IMG/VR virus record: IMGVR_UViG_3300032323_002772
Location: 4,432 to 68,431 of that record
Source of the DNA: a virus
Reading direction: 5' to 3' (one strand)
DNA length: 64,000 nt
A model generated the notes under the pieces. It was given only the letters and a program-made list of their open reading frames with translations. It had not been told where the DNA came from and ran no database searches. A program made the translations under genes and the position numbers. Below are positions 48,670 to 58,312 of this stretch, piece by piece (positions within the stretch are counted from its first letter, which is position 1; the number at the start of each line of letters is the position of its first letter).

Positions 48670-49556
48670 AAGAAATTACACGAAAACACCTTACCGAAGG
48701 TAAAGGTAAATGTTACGGACAGTGCCTTACAGCTGTAGGTTGGGTAGGTGGTACCTTACCTGAATTATATGAAGAAGATGGTATGGTTGAATTATCTATG
48801 GCTGATGTAGCTGGAGGATCAATAGTAACTGGAGTAGCATTAGCAGGTGAAAGACCAATATACGTTGTCCGTTATCAAGGATTTCAATGGTATAATGCAG
48901 TATCAGTAGTTAACTACGCTGCTAAATCAAAAGAAATATGGAATCGCCCTTGCCCTATACTTGTAAGAAGTATAGCAATGGAAGGTGGAGTAGGTCCTGT
49001 CGCAGGATCATCTCATCACTCACTAGTTAGCCGTATGCCTGGTATTAATGTAATAGCGCCTATGACACCTAAAGAATACCAATACGCTTACGATTGCTAT
49101 ATGAGTGAAGATGAACCATATTATATCTCAGAACATAGAAAGTCATATGACAATACTGAAGAATTAGAAAGTATCATTCATGAAGAAGAAGTTGACTTTA
49201 CTATATTTCCAGTATCAATCACTCGTTTAGAAATGGCTAAATTGGTTGAATTAGCAGGTAGAGAGAATATTAAATTAAATATAATACATCAGGTATGGAT
49301 TAGACCATTTGAAATTAGTCCATTATGGGCTCAAGCGCTTAACCGCTCTAGACATGGTGGGTTAGTTACGGATGATGACTATGTTGAAGGTGTAGCTAGT
49401 AGCATGGCTAATGAATTAAGTTTGGTTACCACCAAGAGAGTTCATACCTTGGGCCTAGAACCAAGAACAGCTGGTTTCTACCCATCAGTAGATAATTTAC
49501 CCCCAAGCGCTGAAAAAATACTTGAAAAACTAAAACAAATAAAAAATGGGATATAG
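48642..49556 (+). CDS. TPP-dependent E1 beta / transketolase C-terminal-like subunit
   Basis: G.ALAGERP, NYAAK, GPVAGSSHHS, PGINVIAPMTP, YISEHR. Confidence 0.8.
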   Translation: MGTTVRDTIKEITRKHLTEGKGKCYGQCLTAVGWVGGTLPELYEEDGMVELSMADVAGGSIVTGVALAGERPIYVVRYQGFQWYNAVSVVNYAAKSKEIWNRPCPILVRSIAMEGGVGPVAGSSHHSLVSRMPGINVIAPMTPKEYQYAYDCYMSEDEPYYISEHRKSYDNTEELESIIHEEEVDFTIFPVSITRLEMAKLVELAGRENIKLNIIHQVWIRPFEISPLWAQALNRSRHGGLVTDDDYVEGVASSMANELSLVTTKRVHTLGLEPRTAGFYPSVDNLPPSAEKILEKLKQIKNGI

Positions 49557-50727
49557 TTGGCCTTTAATAAATGACAACATCACTCAAAGTGATAGAAAAG
49601 TATTATCTGACTTTTGTCTCTATGGTGAGCGTTTCACTAATGGAACTAAAGTAAAAGAATTTGAAAAACAATGGTCTGAATGGTTAGGAGTTAAGCATTC
49701 AGTAATGGTAAATTCAGGTGCATCTGCTAATTTCATTTCCATTGCAATGGTAAAGGAATTAAAAGGTATAGGTGAAGTAATTGTACCTCCAATTGGATGG
49801 GTATCTGATATATCTTCAGTAGTGCAGTTAGGAATGAAACCTGTATTCGTAGATGTTAGTATAGATGATTTCAATATCACAGCTGAAAATATTAAAGCAG
49901 CTATTACTAAAGACACTAAAGCAATTGTATTAGTTCATACTTTAGGATTTAATGCTATTAACGATGAAATCATCAAAATAGCAAAAGACAATGATATCTT
50001 ACTAATTGAAGACTGTTGTGAAGCACACGGTGCAAAATATAAAGATAAAAGAGTAGGATCATTTGGTGATATTAGCTTATTCTCATTCTACTTTGGACAC
50101 CACATTACAACAATTGAAGGTGGTACTGTATGTGTTAACGATGATAAATTATACGATTTAGCTAAATTATTCCGTTCACATGGTATGACTAGAGAAGCAT
50201 CACCTGAACTACAAGAAAGATATAAACTAACAAACCCAGACTTAAATCCATTATTCACATTCGCTGTAGCTGGATTTAATATGAGATCAACTGAAATCAA
50301 TGCTGTATTAGGATTAGAACAGCTAAAACGTTTAGATTATAACATCGAGTGTCGTAGAAAGAATCTTGATACTTGGTTAAAACATCTAAACCCAAGTAAA
50401 TTTATTACATCGTTTAAAACAGATGGTAATAGTAACTTCGCTTTACCATTAGTAATGCAAAGTATTACTAGAGATAGATTACGTATCAATGATGACTATA
50501 GCAGCGTATGTGATGTTTTAGATTTAAATGGAGTAGAATACAGACTAGGAACCGCAGGTGGTGGAAACCAAGCTCGTCAGCCATATCTTAAAAAATTCTC
50601 TCACGAAATAAGTGGAGTATTAGCACAAGCTAATTATATTCACGAGAACGCTCTTTATATAGGTAATCATCCTGAATTAAAAGAAGAGCAAATTATCGAA
50701 CTTTGTAAAAAATTAAATAATGTTTAA
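49546..50727 (+). CDS. PLP-dependent NDP-4-keto-6-deoxysugar 3-dehydratase (ColD/RfbH-like)
   Basis: VNSGASAN, IEDCCEAHG, SFYFGHHITTIEGG with His at the Schiff-base Lys position. Confidence 0.8.
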   Translation: MGYSWPLINDNITQSDRKVLSDFCLYGERFTNGTKVKEFEKQWSEWLGVKHSVMVNSGASANFISIAMVKELKGIGEVIVPPIGWVSDISSVVQLGMKPVFVDVSIDDFNITAENIKAAITKDTKAIVLVHTLGFNAINDEIIKIAKDNDILLIEDCCEAHGAKYKDKRVGSFGDISLFSFYFGHHITTIEGGTVCVNDDKLYDLAKLFRSHGMTREASPELQERYKLTNPDLNPLFTFAVAGFNMRSTEINAVLGLEQLKRLDYNIECRRKNLDTWLKHLNPSKFITSFKTDGNSNFALPLVMQSITRDRLRINDDYSSVCDVLDLNGVEYRLGTAGGGNQARQPYLKKFSHEISGVLAQANYIHENALYIGNHPELKEEQIIELCKKLNNV

Positions 50728-51682
50728 AGACCAAAAAGTACTAGTTACAGGTGGAAATGGAATGATTGGCCGCCAATTAGTAAAATTATTACTTGAAAGA
50801 GGAGCTAAAGTATATGTTGCCGATCTTAACAAAGCAGATTTACCTGAAGGAGTAGTTCACCTTAAAATTGACCTAAGACAGTTTAATGACTGTGTTAGTG
50901 CTTGTGAAGGTATGGATTATGTATTTAATTTAGTTGGAATTAAATGTTCACCTAAAGTAACAATGGAACAACCATTCGATATTATGGGTCCAATGATGCA
51001 ATTCAATACTAATATGATTGAAGCAGCATTAACAACTCCAAGTGTAAAATGGTTCCTATATACTAGTACAGTTGGTGTTTACACCCCAGCTGAAATATTC
51101 TATGAAGATGCTGTTTGGGATGGTTTTCCATCTAGAAACGACTGGTATGGTGGATGGGCTAAGAGAATGGGAGAATTACAATGTGAAGCATATGAAAAGC
51201 AACATGGTGAAGGTAAATGCTCAATTATCAGACCAGCTAATGTATATGGTCCTTATGATAACTTCGATCCTAAAAACTCAATGGTAGTTCCTTCATTGAT
51301 TAGAAAAGCAGCTGAAAACGATATTATTGAAGTATGGGGTGATGGTTCATCAATTAGAGACTTCGTTCATGCTAAAGATGTAGCTCGCGGAATGATATTT
51401 GCTGTTGAAAATAAAATAACCAAACCACTTAATATTGGTAGTGGTTCAGGAGTATCTATTAAACAATTAGCTGAAATCGTAGCAGAATACTTTGGAAAAG
51501 AAATTAAATGGTTAACTGATAAACCTTCAGGAGATGCTAAACGTATCTTTAGTATGGAAAGAGCTAGATCATATGGTTTTGAAAATGAAGTATCTCTTAA
51601 AGAAGGAGTAGTAGATGCTATTGAATGGTTCATAGCAAATAAAGATATAGTAGATAATAGATTTAATATTTTAAATAAATAA
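50720..51682 (+). CDS. SDR NDP-sugar epimerase/reductase
   Basis: VTGGNGMIG, YGGWAKR, RPANVYGP, VWGDG. Confidence 0.85.
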   Translation: MFKDQKVLVTGGNGMIGRQLVKLLLERGAKVYVADLNKADLPEGVVHLKIDLRQFNDCVSACEGMDYVFNLVGIKCSPKVTMEQPFDIMGPMMQFNTNMIEAALTTPSVKWFLYTSTVGVYTPAEIFYEDAVWDGFPSRNDWYGGWAKRMGELQCEAYEKQHGEGKCSIIRPANVYGPYDNFDPKNSMVVPSLIRKAAENDIIEVWGDGSSIRDFVHAKDVARGMIFAVENKITKPLNIGSGSGVSIKQLAEIVAEYFGKEIKWLTDKPSGDAKRIFSMERARSYGFENEVSLKEGVVDAIEWFIANKDIVDNRFNILNK

Positions 51683-51685
51683 AAA

Positions 51686-52645
51686 ATGGAATTTTACACT
51701 GGTAAAAATGTATTAGTAACAGGTGCTGCTGGAATTACAGGTCATGCTGCTGTTAAAAGATTATTAGCTGAAGGCGCTAACGTTAGAGCCACAGTATATA
51801 GTAATAGAGGATTAAAGATTGACCCTCAACCAAATCTTGAAGTAGTAAAGTGCGATCTTATGAAACATGAAGATTGTATGATGGTATTAAAAGATATTGA
51901 TGTAGTATTTAACTTTGTAGCCTTCATTAGAGGAGCTAAAGGACAAACAGAGTACGGAAATGCTTTAGATTTAGTAAGAAACAATCTATTCACTTCAATC
52001 AACATGATTGATGCTGCTGTTAGAAGTAAAACTCCATTATTCGGATTCATTGGTAGTTCAACTATGTATCCTGACGTTTCTCACCCTGTAAATGAAGATG
52101 AAGCATACGACGCTGAACCTCATAAACTATACAGAGGTGTAGGTTGGATGAAACGCTATGTAGAACAAGTAATTCGCTATTACCAAGACATTTCAGAAAC
52201 CAAATTCGGAGTTGTCCGTACAACTGCAATTTATGGTCCACACGATGCATTCAATGAAAATGGACATGCAATTCCTCAACTGATTCTAAAAGCAGATGCT
52301 GGTATGAATCCGTTTGAAGTATGGGGTGATGGAACTCAAACTCGTGATTTCATCTATGTAGATGATGTAGTTGATGCTGTTATGACTGTAGTAGAAAAAG
52401 CACCTACAGGAAGACCATATAACGCCTCTACAGGTAAAGGAACAACTGTAACTGAATTAGTAGAAATTATTACAGACATTTACGGATACAAACCAGAATT
52501 CAACTACGATACAACAAAGCCAACAATGATACCAGTTCGTTTAGTAGACGTATCAAGAATTAAAGATGAAGTAGGCTGGGAAGCTAAAACATCATTAAGA
52601 GAAGGATTAGAGAAGACTATTGAATGGTATAAAAATAATAAATAA
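51686..52645 (+). CDS. SDR NDP-sugar epimerase/reductase (second)
   Basis: VTGAAGITG, GWMKR, IYGPHD, VWGDGTQTRDF. Confidence 0.85.
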   Translation: MEFYTGKNVLVTGAAGITGHAAVKRLLAEGANVRATVYSNRGLKIDPQPNLEVVKCDLMKHEDCMMVLKDIDVVFNFVAFIRGAKGQTEYGNALDLVRNNLFTSINMIDAAVRSKTPLFGFIGSSTMYPDVSHPVNEDEAYDAEPHKLYRGVGWMKRYVEQVIRYYQDISETKFGVVRTTAIYGPHDAFNENGHAIPQLILKADAGMNPFEVWGDGTQTRDFIYVDDVVDAVMTVVEKAPTGRPYNASTGKGTTVTELVEIITDIYGYKPEFNYDTTKPTMIPVRLVDVSRIKDEVGWEAKTSLREGLEKTIEWYKNNK

Positions 52646-53652
52646 TGAACGTATTAATTACAGGAATTACAGGGATGGTAGGATCGCACTTAGCGGACTA
52701 CCTCCTAGAAAATACAGATTGGAAAATATACGGTTTAGCTCGTTGGAATGATTCACTAGAAAACATTGAGCACCTATCTACTGAAATCAATAGTAAAGAG
52801 CGTATTGAATTAGTGTATGGTGATTTGAATGATCTAGCTTCACTACTAGTTGCTGTAGATAAATCAAAACCTGCTTATGTATTTCACTTAGCAGCACAAT
52901 CATACCCACAAACGTCATTTGACTCGCCTGTTGAAACACTTCAAACTAATATTTTAGGAACTACTAACTTATTAGAGGCATTAAGACGATCAAAATATAA
53001 AGAAGCAGTAATTCACGTTTGCGCTTCAAGTGAAGTATTTGGACGTGTACCTAAAGAAAAATTACCAATCAATGAGGAATGTTCATTCCATCCAGCTTCA
53101 CCTTATGCTATTTCAAAAGTAGGAACTGATTTAGTTGGTCGTTATTATGCTGAGGCATATGGAATGAAAATTATGACTACTCGTATGTTTACTCATACTG
53201 GCCCTAGACGTGGTGATGTATTCTCAGAATCAACATTCGCTAAACAAATTGCAATGATTGAAGGTGGATTACAAGAACCAAAAATATATGTTGGTAACTT
53301 AGAATCATTAAGAACATATGCTGACGTTAGAGATGCTGTTAGAGCATATTATATGTTAGTAACAATGAATCCAATTGGAGGTGAATATTACAATATTGGT
53401 GGTACTTACACTTGTAAAATTGCTGATATGTTAAATTACTTAGTAAGTAAATCAACAGTACCTAATATTGAAATTGTAACTGATCCTGAACGTTTAAGAC
53501 CAATCGATGCTGATTTGCAAGTACCGGATACTACCAAATTCCAAAATCATACAGGTTGGGCTCCTGAAATACCATTTGAAAAAACAATGGATGATCTATT
53601 AGAATATTGGAGAGCTAAAGTAAAATCAGGCCGTAAATTTTTAAGACGATAA
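52645..53652 (+). CDS. GDP-sugar 4,6-dehydratase (Gmd family, DmhA/WcbK heptose-type)
   Basis: ITGITGMVGSH, HLAAQSYPQTSF, SPYAISK, THTGPRRGDVF, LRPID. Confidence 0.85.
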   Translation: MNVLITGITGMVGSHLADYLLENTDWKIYGLARWNDSLENIEHLSTEINSKERIELVYGDLNDLASLLVAVDKSKPAYVFHLAAQSYPQTSFDSPVETLQTNILGTTNLLEALRRSKYKEAVIHVCASSEVFGRVPKEKLPINEECSFHPASPYAISKVGTDLVGRYYAEAYGMKIMTTRMFTHTGPRRGDVFSESTFAKQIAMIEGGLQEPKIYVGNLESLRTYADVRDAVRAYYMLVTMNPIGGEYYNIGGTYTCKIADMLNYLVSKSTVPNIEIVTDPERLRPIDADLQVPDTTKFQNHTGWAPEIPFEKTMDDLLEYWRAKVKSGRKFLRR

Positions 53653-53653
53653 T

Positions 53654-54391
53654 ATGAAGATACTAGTTATAGGTGATAGCTGTACCGATATATTTCGTTA
53701 CGGTAAAGTAGAAAGAATAGCACCAGAAGCACCTGTACCAGTAATAGTACCTGAAAGAGAAACATCAACACCAGGTATGGCAGGCAATGTGGTTAGAAAT
53801 CTTGAAGCGTTAGGTGCTGAAGTTGACTTTATCACTAATAAAGTAGAAATTAAAAAAATAAGATACGTTTGCTCTAAGTATAATCATTTACTTTTAAGAG
53901 TAGATGAAAATGATAAATGCGAACCACTACCAGAAACAACTATTGGTGATGTAGATTGGAGTGATTATGATGCCATTGTAATAAGTGATTATTGTAAAGG
54001 ATTTATTGATAAACTAGATATCGAATATATTTCAAAACAACATCCATTAGTATTTCTAGACACTAAAAAGATATTAGGTGAATATGCTCATGATGTTAAT
54101 TGTATCAAAATTAACTACCAAGAGTACGAAAACAATTTAAGTGTAATAGTAGCAGATAAAGTTATAGAAGATAAAGTTATAGTTACTAGAGGTAAATATG
54201 GATGTGATTTCAGAGGAGTAAATTACCCAACTAAAGAAGTACCTGTAAAAGACGTTTCTGGAGCAGGAGATACATTTTTAGCTGGTTTAGTAGTAGAATA
54301 TTTAAAAACAAAAAACTACGAAAAGGCAATTGCGTTTGCTCAATATTGCACAACAATAGTAGTTCAAAAATCAGGAGTATCAACAATATGA
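53654..54391 (+). CDS. PfkB sugar kinase (RfaE/HldE heptose kinase-like)
   Basis: RIAPEAPVPV, GMAGNV, ISDYCKG, DVSGAGDTF. Confidence 0.85.
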   Translation: MKILVIGDSCTDIFRYGKVERIAPEAPVPVIVPERETSTPGMAGNVVRNLEALGAEVDFITNKVEIKKIRYVCSKYNHLLLRVDENDKCEPLPETTIGDVDWSDYDAIVISDYCKGFIDKLDIEYISKQHPLVFLDTKKILGEYAHDVNCIKINYQEYENNLSVIVADKVIEDKVIVTRGKYGCDFRGVNYPTKEVPVKDVSGAGDTFLAGLVVEYLKTKNYEKAIAFAQYCTTIVVQKSGVSTI

Positions 54392-55239
54392 CAAAAGCAG
54401 TAGTATTGGGATGTAGAAACGATGGCTATAAAGAAGATGAAAGGGTAGTAGCCTGTCTTAATTCAATGATAGACACATTTGACCAAGTATGGTTCTGTGA
54501 TTGGAACTCACCATCATCAAACGGACCATTGCTTTGGAAATTAGGTGACCAAATACAAAAAACAGGTAAAATAAGACACTTTATAATCGATGAAAACGCG
54601 GCTAAAATACTTACCAATAATAATGATAAAGTAAGTCCTTACGCGTTTATATTGGCCCAAAATTTAATGATTAGGAGATGTGATGCTGATTGGATTACAT
54701 CAACGGCAATGGATATTGTAGCTCCAAGTAAAGAAAATTTAGATAATTTTATCTCTAAAGCTAATAAAAACACATTTTATTCTATTTCAAGACGCGATGT
54801 AGAATATTCAGAATTAGAAAATAGAAACTTCGATTGGAAGTTATTCAGAGATGAAATGGATAAAACAAGCGAACCTAGAATATTCCCAGCTAGAGTATGC
54901 CCTAACGACAACTACAGTCTAATAAACTGCTGTGGTGATTTTCAAACAGCAAGTAAAGAAGTATGGCATAAAATTAAAGGATTTGAAGAACAAATGCTGT
55001 ATGCTTGCTATGGAGATACAAATGTACAGAAAAAAGCTGTATTAGGTGGTTTTAATCTTGAGGCGTATTATGATCTTCCATTATATCATTTATCACATAG
55101 AGGAATGGGTAATGATGGTTCATCACCATCAAAACAATACTATAATGACGTATGGGATTGGGTAGAGTGGTTTGAGGAATCACAAAACACAGAAGATTGG
55201 GGTTTTTCCAATATAGATATAGAATATGAAATTTGGTAA
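54388..55239 (+). CDS. Glycosyltransferase-like hypothetical protein
   Basis: RNDGY, DWNS, N..IRR, CCGDFQ, GFEE, YHLSH. Confidence 0.55.
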   Translation: MTKAVVLGCRNDGYKEDERVVACLNSMIDTFDQVWFCDWNSPSSNGPLLWKLGDQIQKTGKIRHFIIDENAAKILTNNNDKVSPYAFILAQNLMIRRCDADWITSTAMDIVAPSKENLDNFISKANKNTFYSISRRDVEYSELENRNFDWKLFRDEMDKTSEPRIFPARVCPNDNYSLINCCGDFQTASKEVWHKIKGFEEQMLYACYGDTNVQKKAVLGGFNLEAYYDLPLYHLSHRGMGNDGSSPSKQYYNDVWDWVEWFEESQNTEDWGFSNIDIEYEIW

Positions 55240-55263
55240 TATATTTATTGAAAATTTTAGTTT

Positions 55264-55821
55264 ATGTCAAAACCCCTTCGCACACCTCAACGCAAGCAGG
55301 AATACCTAAGTAGAGTAATAACACTTGGAGAAATAGACAATGAAATAGCATGTGAAGTAATGGGGTTGATATACGAAATCAACAACGAAGATAAAAACAA
55401 AGCAGCCGAAAACCGTGAACCAATTAAATTCATTCTAAACTCACCAGGTGGAAACGTATATGATGGAATGGGTATAATCGATGCAATTCAAACATCAGTT
55501 ACACCAATACACATGTATATACATGGTCAAGCAATGTCAATGGGGTTTGCTATTGCAACTTGCGGTGATTATCGTTACGCTACTAAACGTACTACATTCA
55601 TGTACCATGAAATGAGCTGGGATACGGGACAGGAGAAAATGAAATACCACGAACAGGAATTAAAAGAAGGTAAACGACTATGGAAAGTATATGATGATAT
55701 AATTGTTGCAAATACTGAGATACAATTAAAATCATTGCAAACTGTACGTAAAGAACAAAAAGAATGGTACATAACTGCAGATCAAGCATTAAACCTTGGT
55801 ATCATTGATGAAATTTTATAA
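55264..55821 (+). CDS. clpP: ClpP-family protease
   Basis: LNSPGG, GQAMSMG (Ser), FMYHE (His), YITADQA..LGIIDEI. Confidence 0.85.
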   Translation: MSKPLRTPQRKQEYLSRVITLGEIDNEIACEVMGLIYEINNEDKNKAAENREPIKFILNSPGGNVYDGMGIIDAIQTSVTPIHMYIHGQAMSMGFAIATCGDYRYATKRTTFMYHEMSWDTGQEKMKYHEQELKEGKRLWKVYDDIIVANTEIQLKSLQTVRKEQKEWYITADQALNLGIIDEIL

Positions 55822-55843
55822 TATTTATACATAAACGCATATA

Positions 55844-56161
55844 ATGGCTGAATTAAAACCAAAACTTAAAGTAGACGTAAATCACAACCCAACTAAAAAG
55901 GGTATTAAGGTACAATTCGTATTACCATCAGCAATTGAAGGTGATGCTAAGGCAGCCGCTACTCAAAAATTACAAGCTAAACTAAATCAAGGTTTACAAC
56001 AATATAATTTAACAGTTAGCCAAGATACAGATGTACCTTATTCTAACGTTATTGGATTCTTAATTCCTATCTCTGATGTAAAATTATTCATTAAGAATGC
56101 AATCAGTGGTGGTGAGGTAGCGCCTGAAGCACCAGCAGAAGAGGCTCCACCAGCAGTATAG
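55844..56161 (+). CDS. Hypothetical protein
   Basis: 105 aa ORF after ATATTTAT motif. Confidence 0.6.
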   Translation: MAELKPKLKVDVNHNPTKKGIKVQFVLPSAIEGDAKAAATQKLQAKLNQGLQQYNLTVSQDTDVPYSNVIGFLIPISDVKLFIKNAISGGEVAPEAPAEEAPPAV

Positions 56162-56164
56162 TTT

Positions 56165-56482
56165 ATGATTAAAACCAAAAAAATGAGGAGAAAAATACCT
56201 GTATTCAGAGTAAATTTGCCTCCAGATATTCCGTATAGTCATCTTACGGAAGTACCTGAAATAAAGCAAGTGGTTATGGAAGAGGTAGTTTATGCTATCA
56301 AGGAAGGAATTACTAAAAACAAAAAAATTATCTCACTATTTGAAGTAGGTAATTCAGAATACACGGTTGAATTAGAAAAAGACAAATGGCAAACCTCACT
56401 TGAATCTGCTATTGAGTATTATGCTGAAAAGGAAGAATACGATAAGTGTATTGAGTGTAGAGATTTGATCACTAAAATTTAA
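56165..56482 (+). CDS. Hypothetical protein with C-terminal UVR-like motif
   Basis: LESAIEYYAEKEEYDKCIECRDLI. Confidence 0.55.
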   Translation: MIKTKKMRRKIPVFRVNLPPDIPYSHLTEVPEIKQVVMEEVVYAIKEGITKNKKIISLFEVGNSEYTVELEKDKWQTSLESAIEYYAEKEEYDKCIECRDLITKI

Positions 56483-56485
56483 GTT

Positions 56486-56905
56486 ATGGATGAACATGCT
56501 AAAGGAGTGCAACAATCAATAGAATCTATTATTGGTGCAAATACAGTTTTAAAACGTAGAAAGAAAACAGAAGACGACATTAATAGAGATACATTTGAGA
56601 AAATCATATTAACTCTAGAACAAGCAAACGTTAGATCATCTATTATAGGTGGTGATTTTAAATTAGACTTTACTTCATACGACGAAACATTCTATGAAAT
56701 AATTGATAACCTAATACTAATGCAGTTTGGAAAAGAAGCATCTGAAATTATATTCTTCTATGTTTATGAAAGAATAAACCCAGATGGTACTGTAAATGAA
56801 TTAGCTGATCAAGATGGTCAAGTTGTTGCTCTTAATAATCCAACTGATTTATGGATGTTAGTTAACCATATAAAAAATAAAACTAACAAAACAAAGAAAA
56901 AATAG
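56486..56905 (+). CDS. Hypothetical protein
   Basis: 139 aa ORF. Confidence 0.6.
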   Translation: MDEHAKGVQQSIESIIGANTVLKRRKKTEDDINRDTFEKIILTLEQANVRSSIIGGDFKLDFTSYDETFYEIIDNLILMQFGKEASEIIFFYVYERINPDGTVNELADQDGQVVALNNPTDLWMLVNHIKNKTNKTKKK

Positions 56906-56907
56906 TT

Positions 56908-57510
56908 ATGCCTTTAGCTAAACCTATATCTAGGGAAGACGTTTTGCGCGCAATGCGCTTTACGAAATCAAATCGTGCTGCCGCTAAGTATTTAGGTTGC
57001 TCATACCAACACTATAAGCCGTTTGCTAAATTATTTAAGGTAGATGAAAGCGATCACAATTCGCCTTCACTATTTGATGTTCATAAAAACCAAAGCGGTA
57101 AAGGTATTCCTAAATTCCTACCTGATAGAAAACGTTCACCAAACGTTAAAAACATAGTTGAAACAGGTACTGGATGGGAATCATTTACACCTGAAAAGAT
57201 AAAATCAAGATTAATAGCTGAAAACTATTTAAGAGAAGAATGTTACGCTTGTGGCTTCTGCGAACGCAGAGTTACTGATTATAAAATACCACTATTATTA
57301 AATTTTAAAGATGGAAACAAATTTAATTACCTACTTGATAATTTGGAGCTGTTATGTTACAACCACTATTTTCTGCTTGTGGCCGACCCTCTTACCCCAG
57401 ACCAAGTACGTCATATCGAAGATAATACAACTGTCAAAGCTGTCTCGCACGATTGGGATCTAGATGAAGCTCATTTAGAGAACATGAAAGCATTAGGATT
57501 GTTGGATTAG
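56908..57510 (+). CDS. HTH plus degenerate HNH-like Zn-finger protein
   Basis: SNRAAAKYLGCSY HTH; CYACG...LNFKDGNKFN..LDNLELLCYNH (catalytic His not evident). Confidence 0.6.
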   Translation: MPLAKPISREDVLRAMRFTKSNRAAAKYLGCSYQHYKPFAKLFKVDESDHNSPSLFDVHKNQSGKGIPKFLPDRKRSPNVKNIVETGTGWESFTPEKIKSRLIAENYLREECYACGFCERRVTDYKIPLLLNFKDGNKFNYLLDNLELLCYNHYFLLVADPLTPDQVRHIEDNTTVKAVSHDWDLDEAHLENMKALGLLD

Positions 57511-57552
57511 GCAAAATAAGGTCGTACATTTACGGTATAAATAAATAAAAAT

Positions 57553-57840
57553 ATGAGTTACGAATTAGCACAAAAATATGCTGACTTTCAAATTCCAAAG
57601 GAAGTTAAACAAGCATACAAATCAGGAGTTCAATTGATCGGATCGTTAGGATTCACTAAGATGATGATGTTCGCAAATGAAAATCAAATCACAAATGATG
57701 ATATTGATTATTACATGAACAGAAAACCTCAAAGACAAGAAGATGAGACAGTAGAACAAATGAAATTAAGAGGTAAATTCTCACAAGCATTATATAAGTA
57801 CAGAGCATATTTGTACGATTATTCAGTATATCAAAATTAA
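57553..57840 (+). CDS. Hypothetical protein
   Basis: 95 aa ORF after host-type promoter. Confidence 0.6.
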   Translation: MSYELAQKYADFQIPKEVKQAYKSGVQLIGSLGFTKMMMFANENQITNDDIDYYMNRKPQRQEDETVEQMKLRGKFSQALYKYRAYLYDYSVYQN

Positions 57841-57845
57841 TAAAC

Positions 57846-58067
57846 ATGGGACAGTATTTTCAAGTAAAAGTACAATTTTCTGATATCGATGATAAAGGAA
57901 AGGTAAAAAAGGAAAACATTGCATATTTAGTCGACGCGCAGTCAGTTACTGAAGCAGAAGCTAGAGTAGTAAAGTTCTTAACAGATGAAGATGAAACTAA
58001 CTTTGAAGTTAAAGCAGCATCTGAATCTAAAATTGCTCAAGTAATTGTTGCTGATTCAGCAGAATAA
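57846..58067 (+). CDS. DUF4494-like protein
   Basis: YF.VKV...G..KK...YLVDA.S.TEAEAR. Confidence 0.7.
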   Translation: MGQYFQVKVQFSDIDDKGKVKKENIAYLVDAQSVTEAEARVVKFLTDEDETNFEVKAASESKIAQVIVADSAE

Positions 58068-58074
58068 CTAGCAG

Positions 58075-58146
58075 GCTCTCATCGTCTAACGGTTAGGACA
58101 CCAGGTTTTCATCCTGGTAATACGAGTTCGATTCTCGTTGAGAGTA
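58075..58146 (+). tRNA. tRNA-Glu(TTC)
   Basis: GCTCTCA/TGAGAGT acceptor; CCAGG-TTTTCAT-CCTGG; T arm GTTCGAT. Confidence 0.9.
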
Positions 58147-58148
58147 CA

Positions 58149-58308
58149 AGGTTGATTGGAATGGATTAATCAGCAGGGGATTTGTAAACCCCATTGCAAG
58201 ACAATGACAAACACAGGTCAAAACTGATGCAATATGCTGAATTATATCAATCGGTTAGAAATGCCAATCGTAAAAGTAGATGTCCACGCACCCATCTTCT
58301 ACTTTCCT
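58149..58308 (+). ncRNA. Unknown multi-stem structured RNA
   Basis: Nested helices GATTGG/CCAATC, TCAGCA/TGCTGA, GGGG/CCCC, ATTGCA/TGCAAT, AAAGTAG/CTACTTT; lies between two tRNAs. Confidence 0.55.
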
Positions 58309-58312
58309 AAAT

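Noticed and set aside
47839-49556. Pyruvate dehydrogenase auxiliary metabolic genes
   Set aside because: No E2/E3; embedded in an NDP-sugar cluster
56908-57510. Active homing endonuclease or intron
   Set aside because: Catalytic His of the HNH motif is not evident and no neighbouring gene is interrupted
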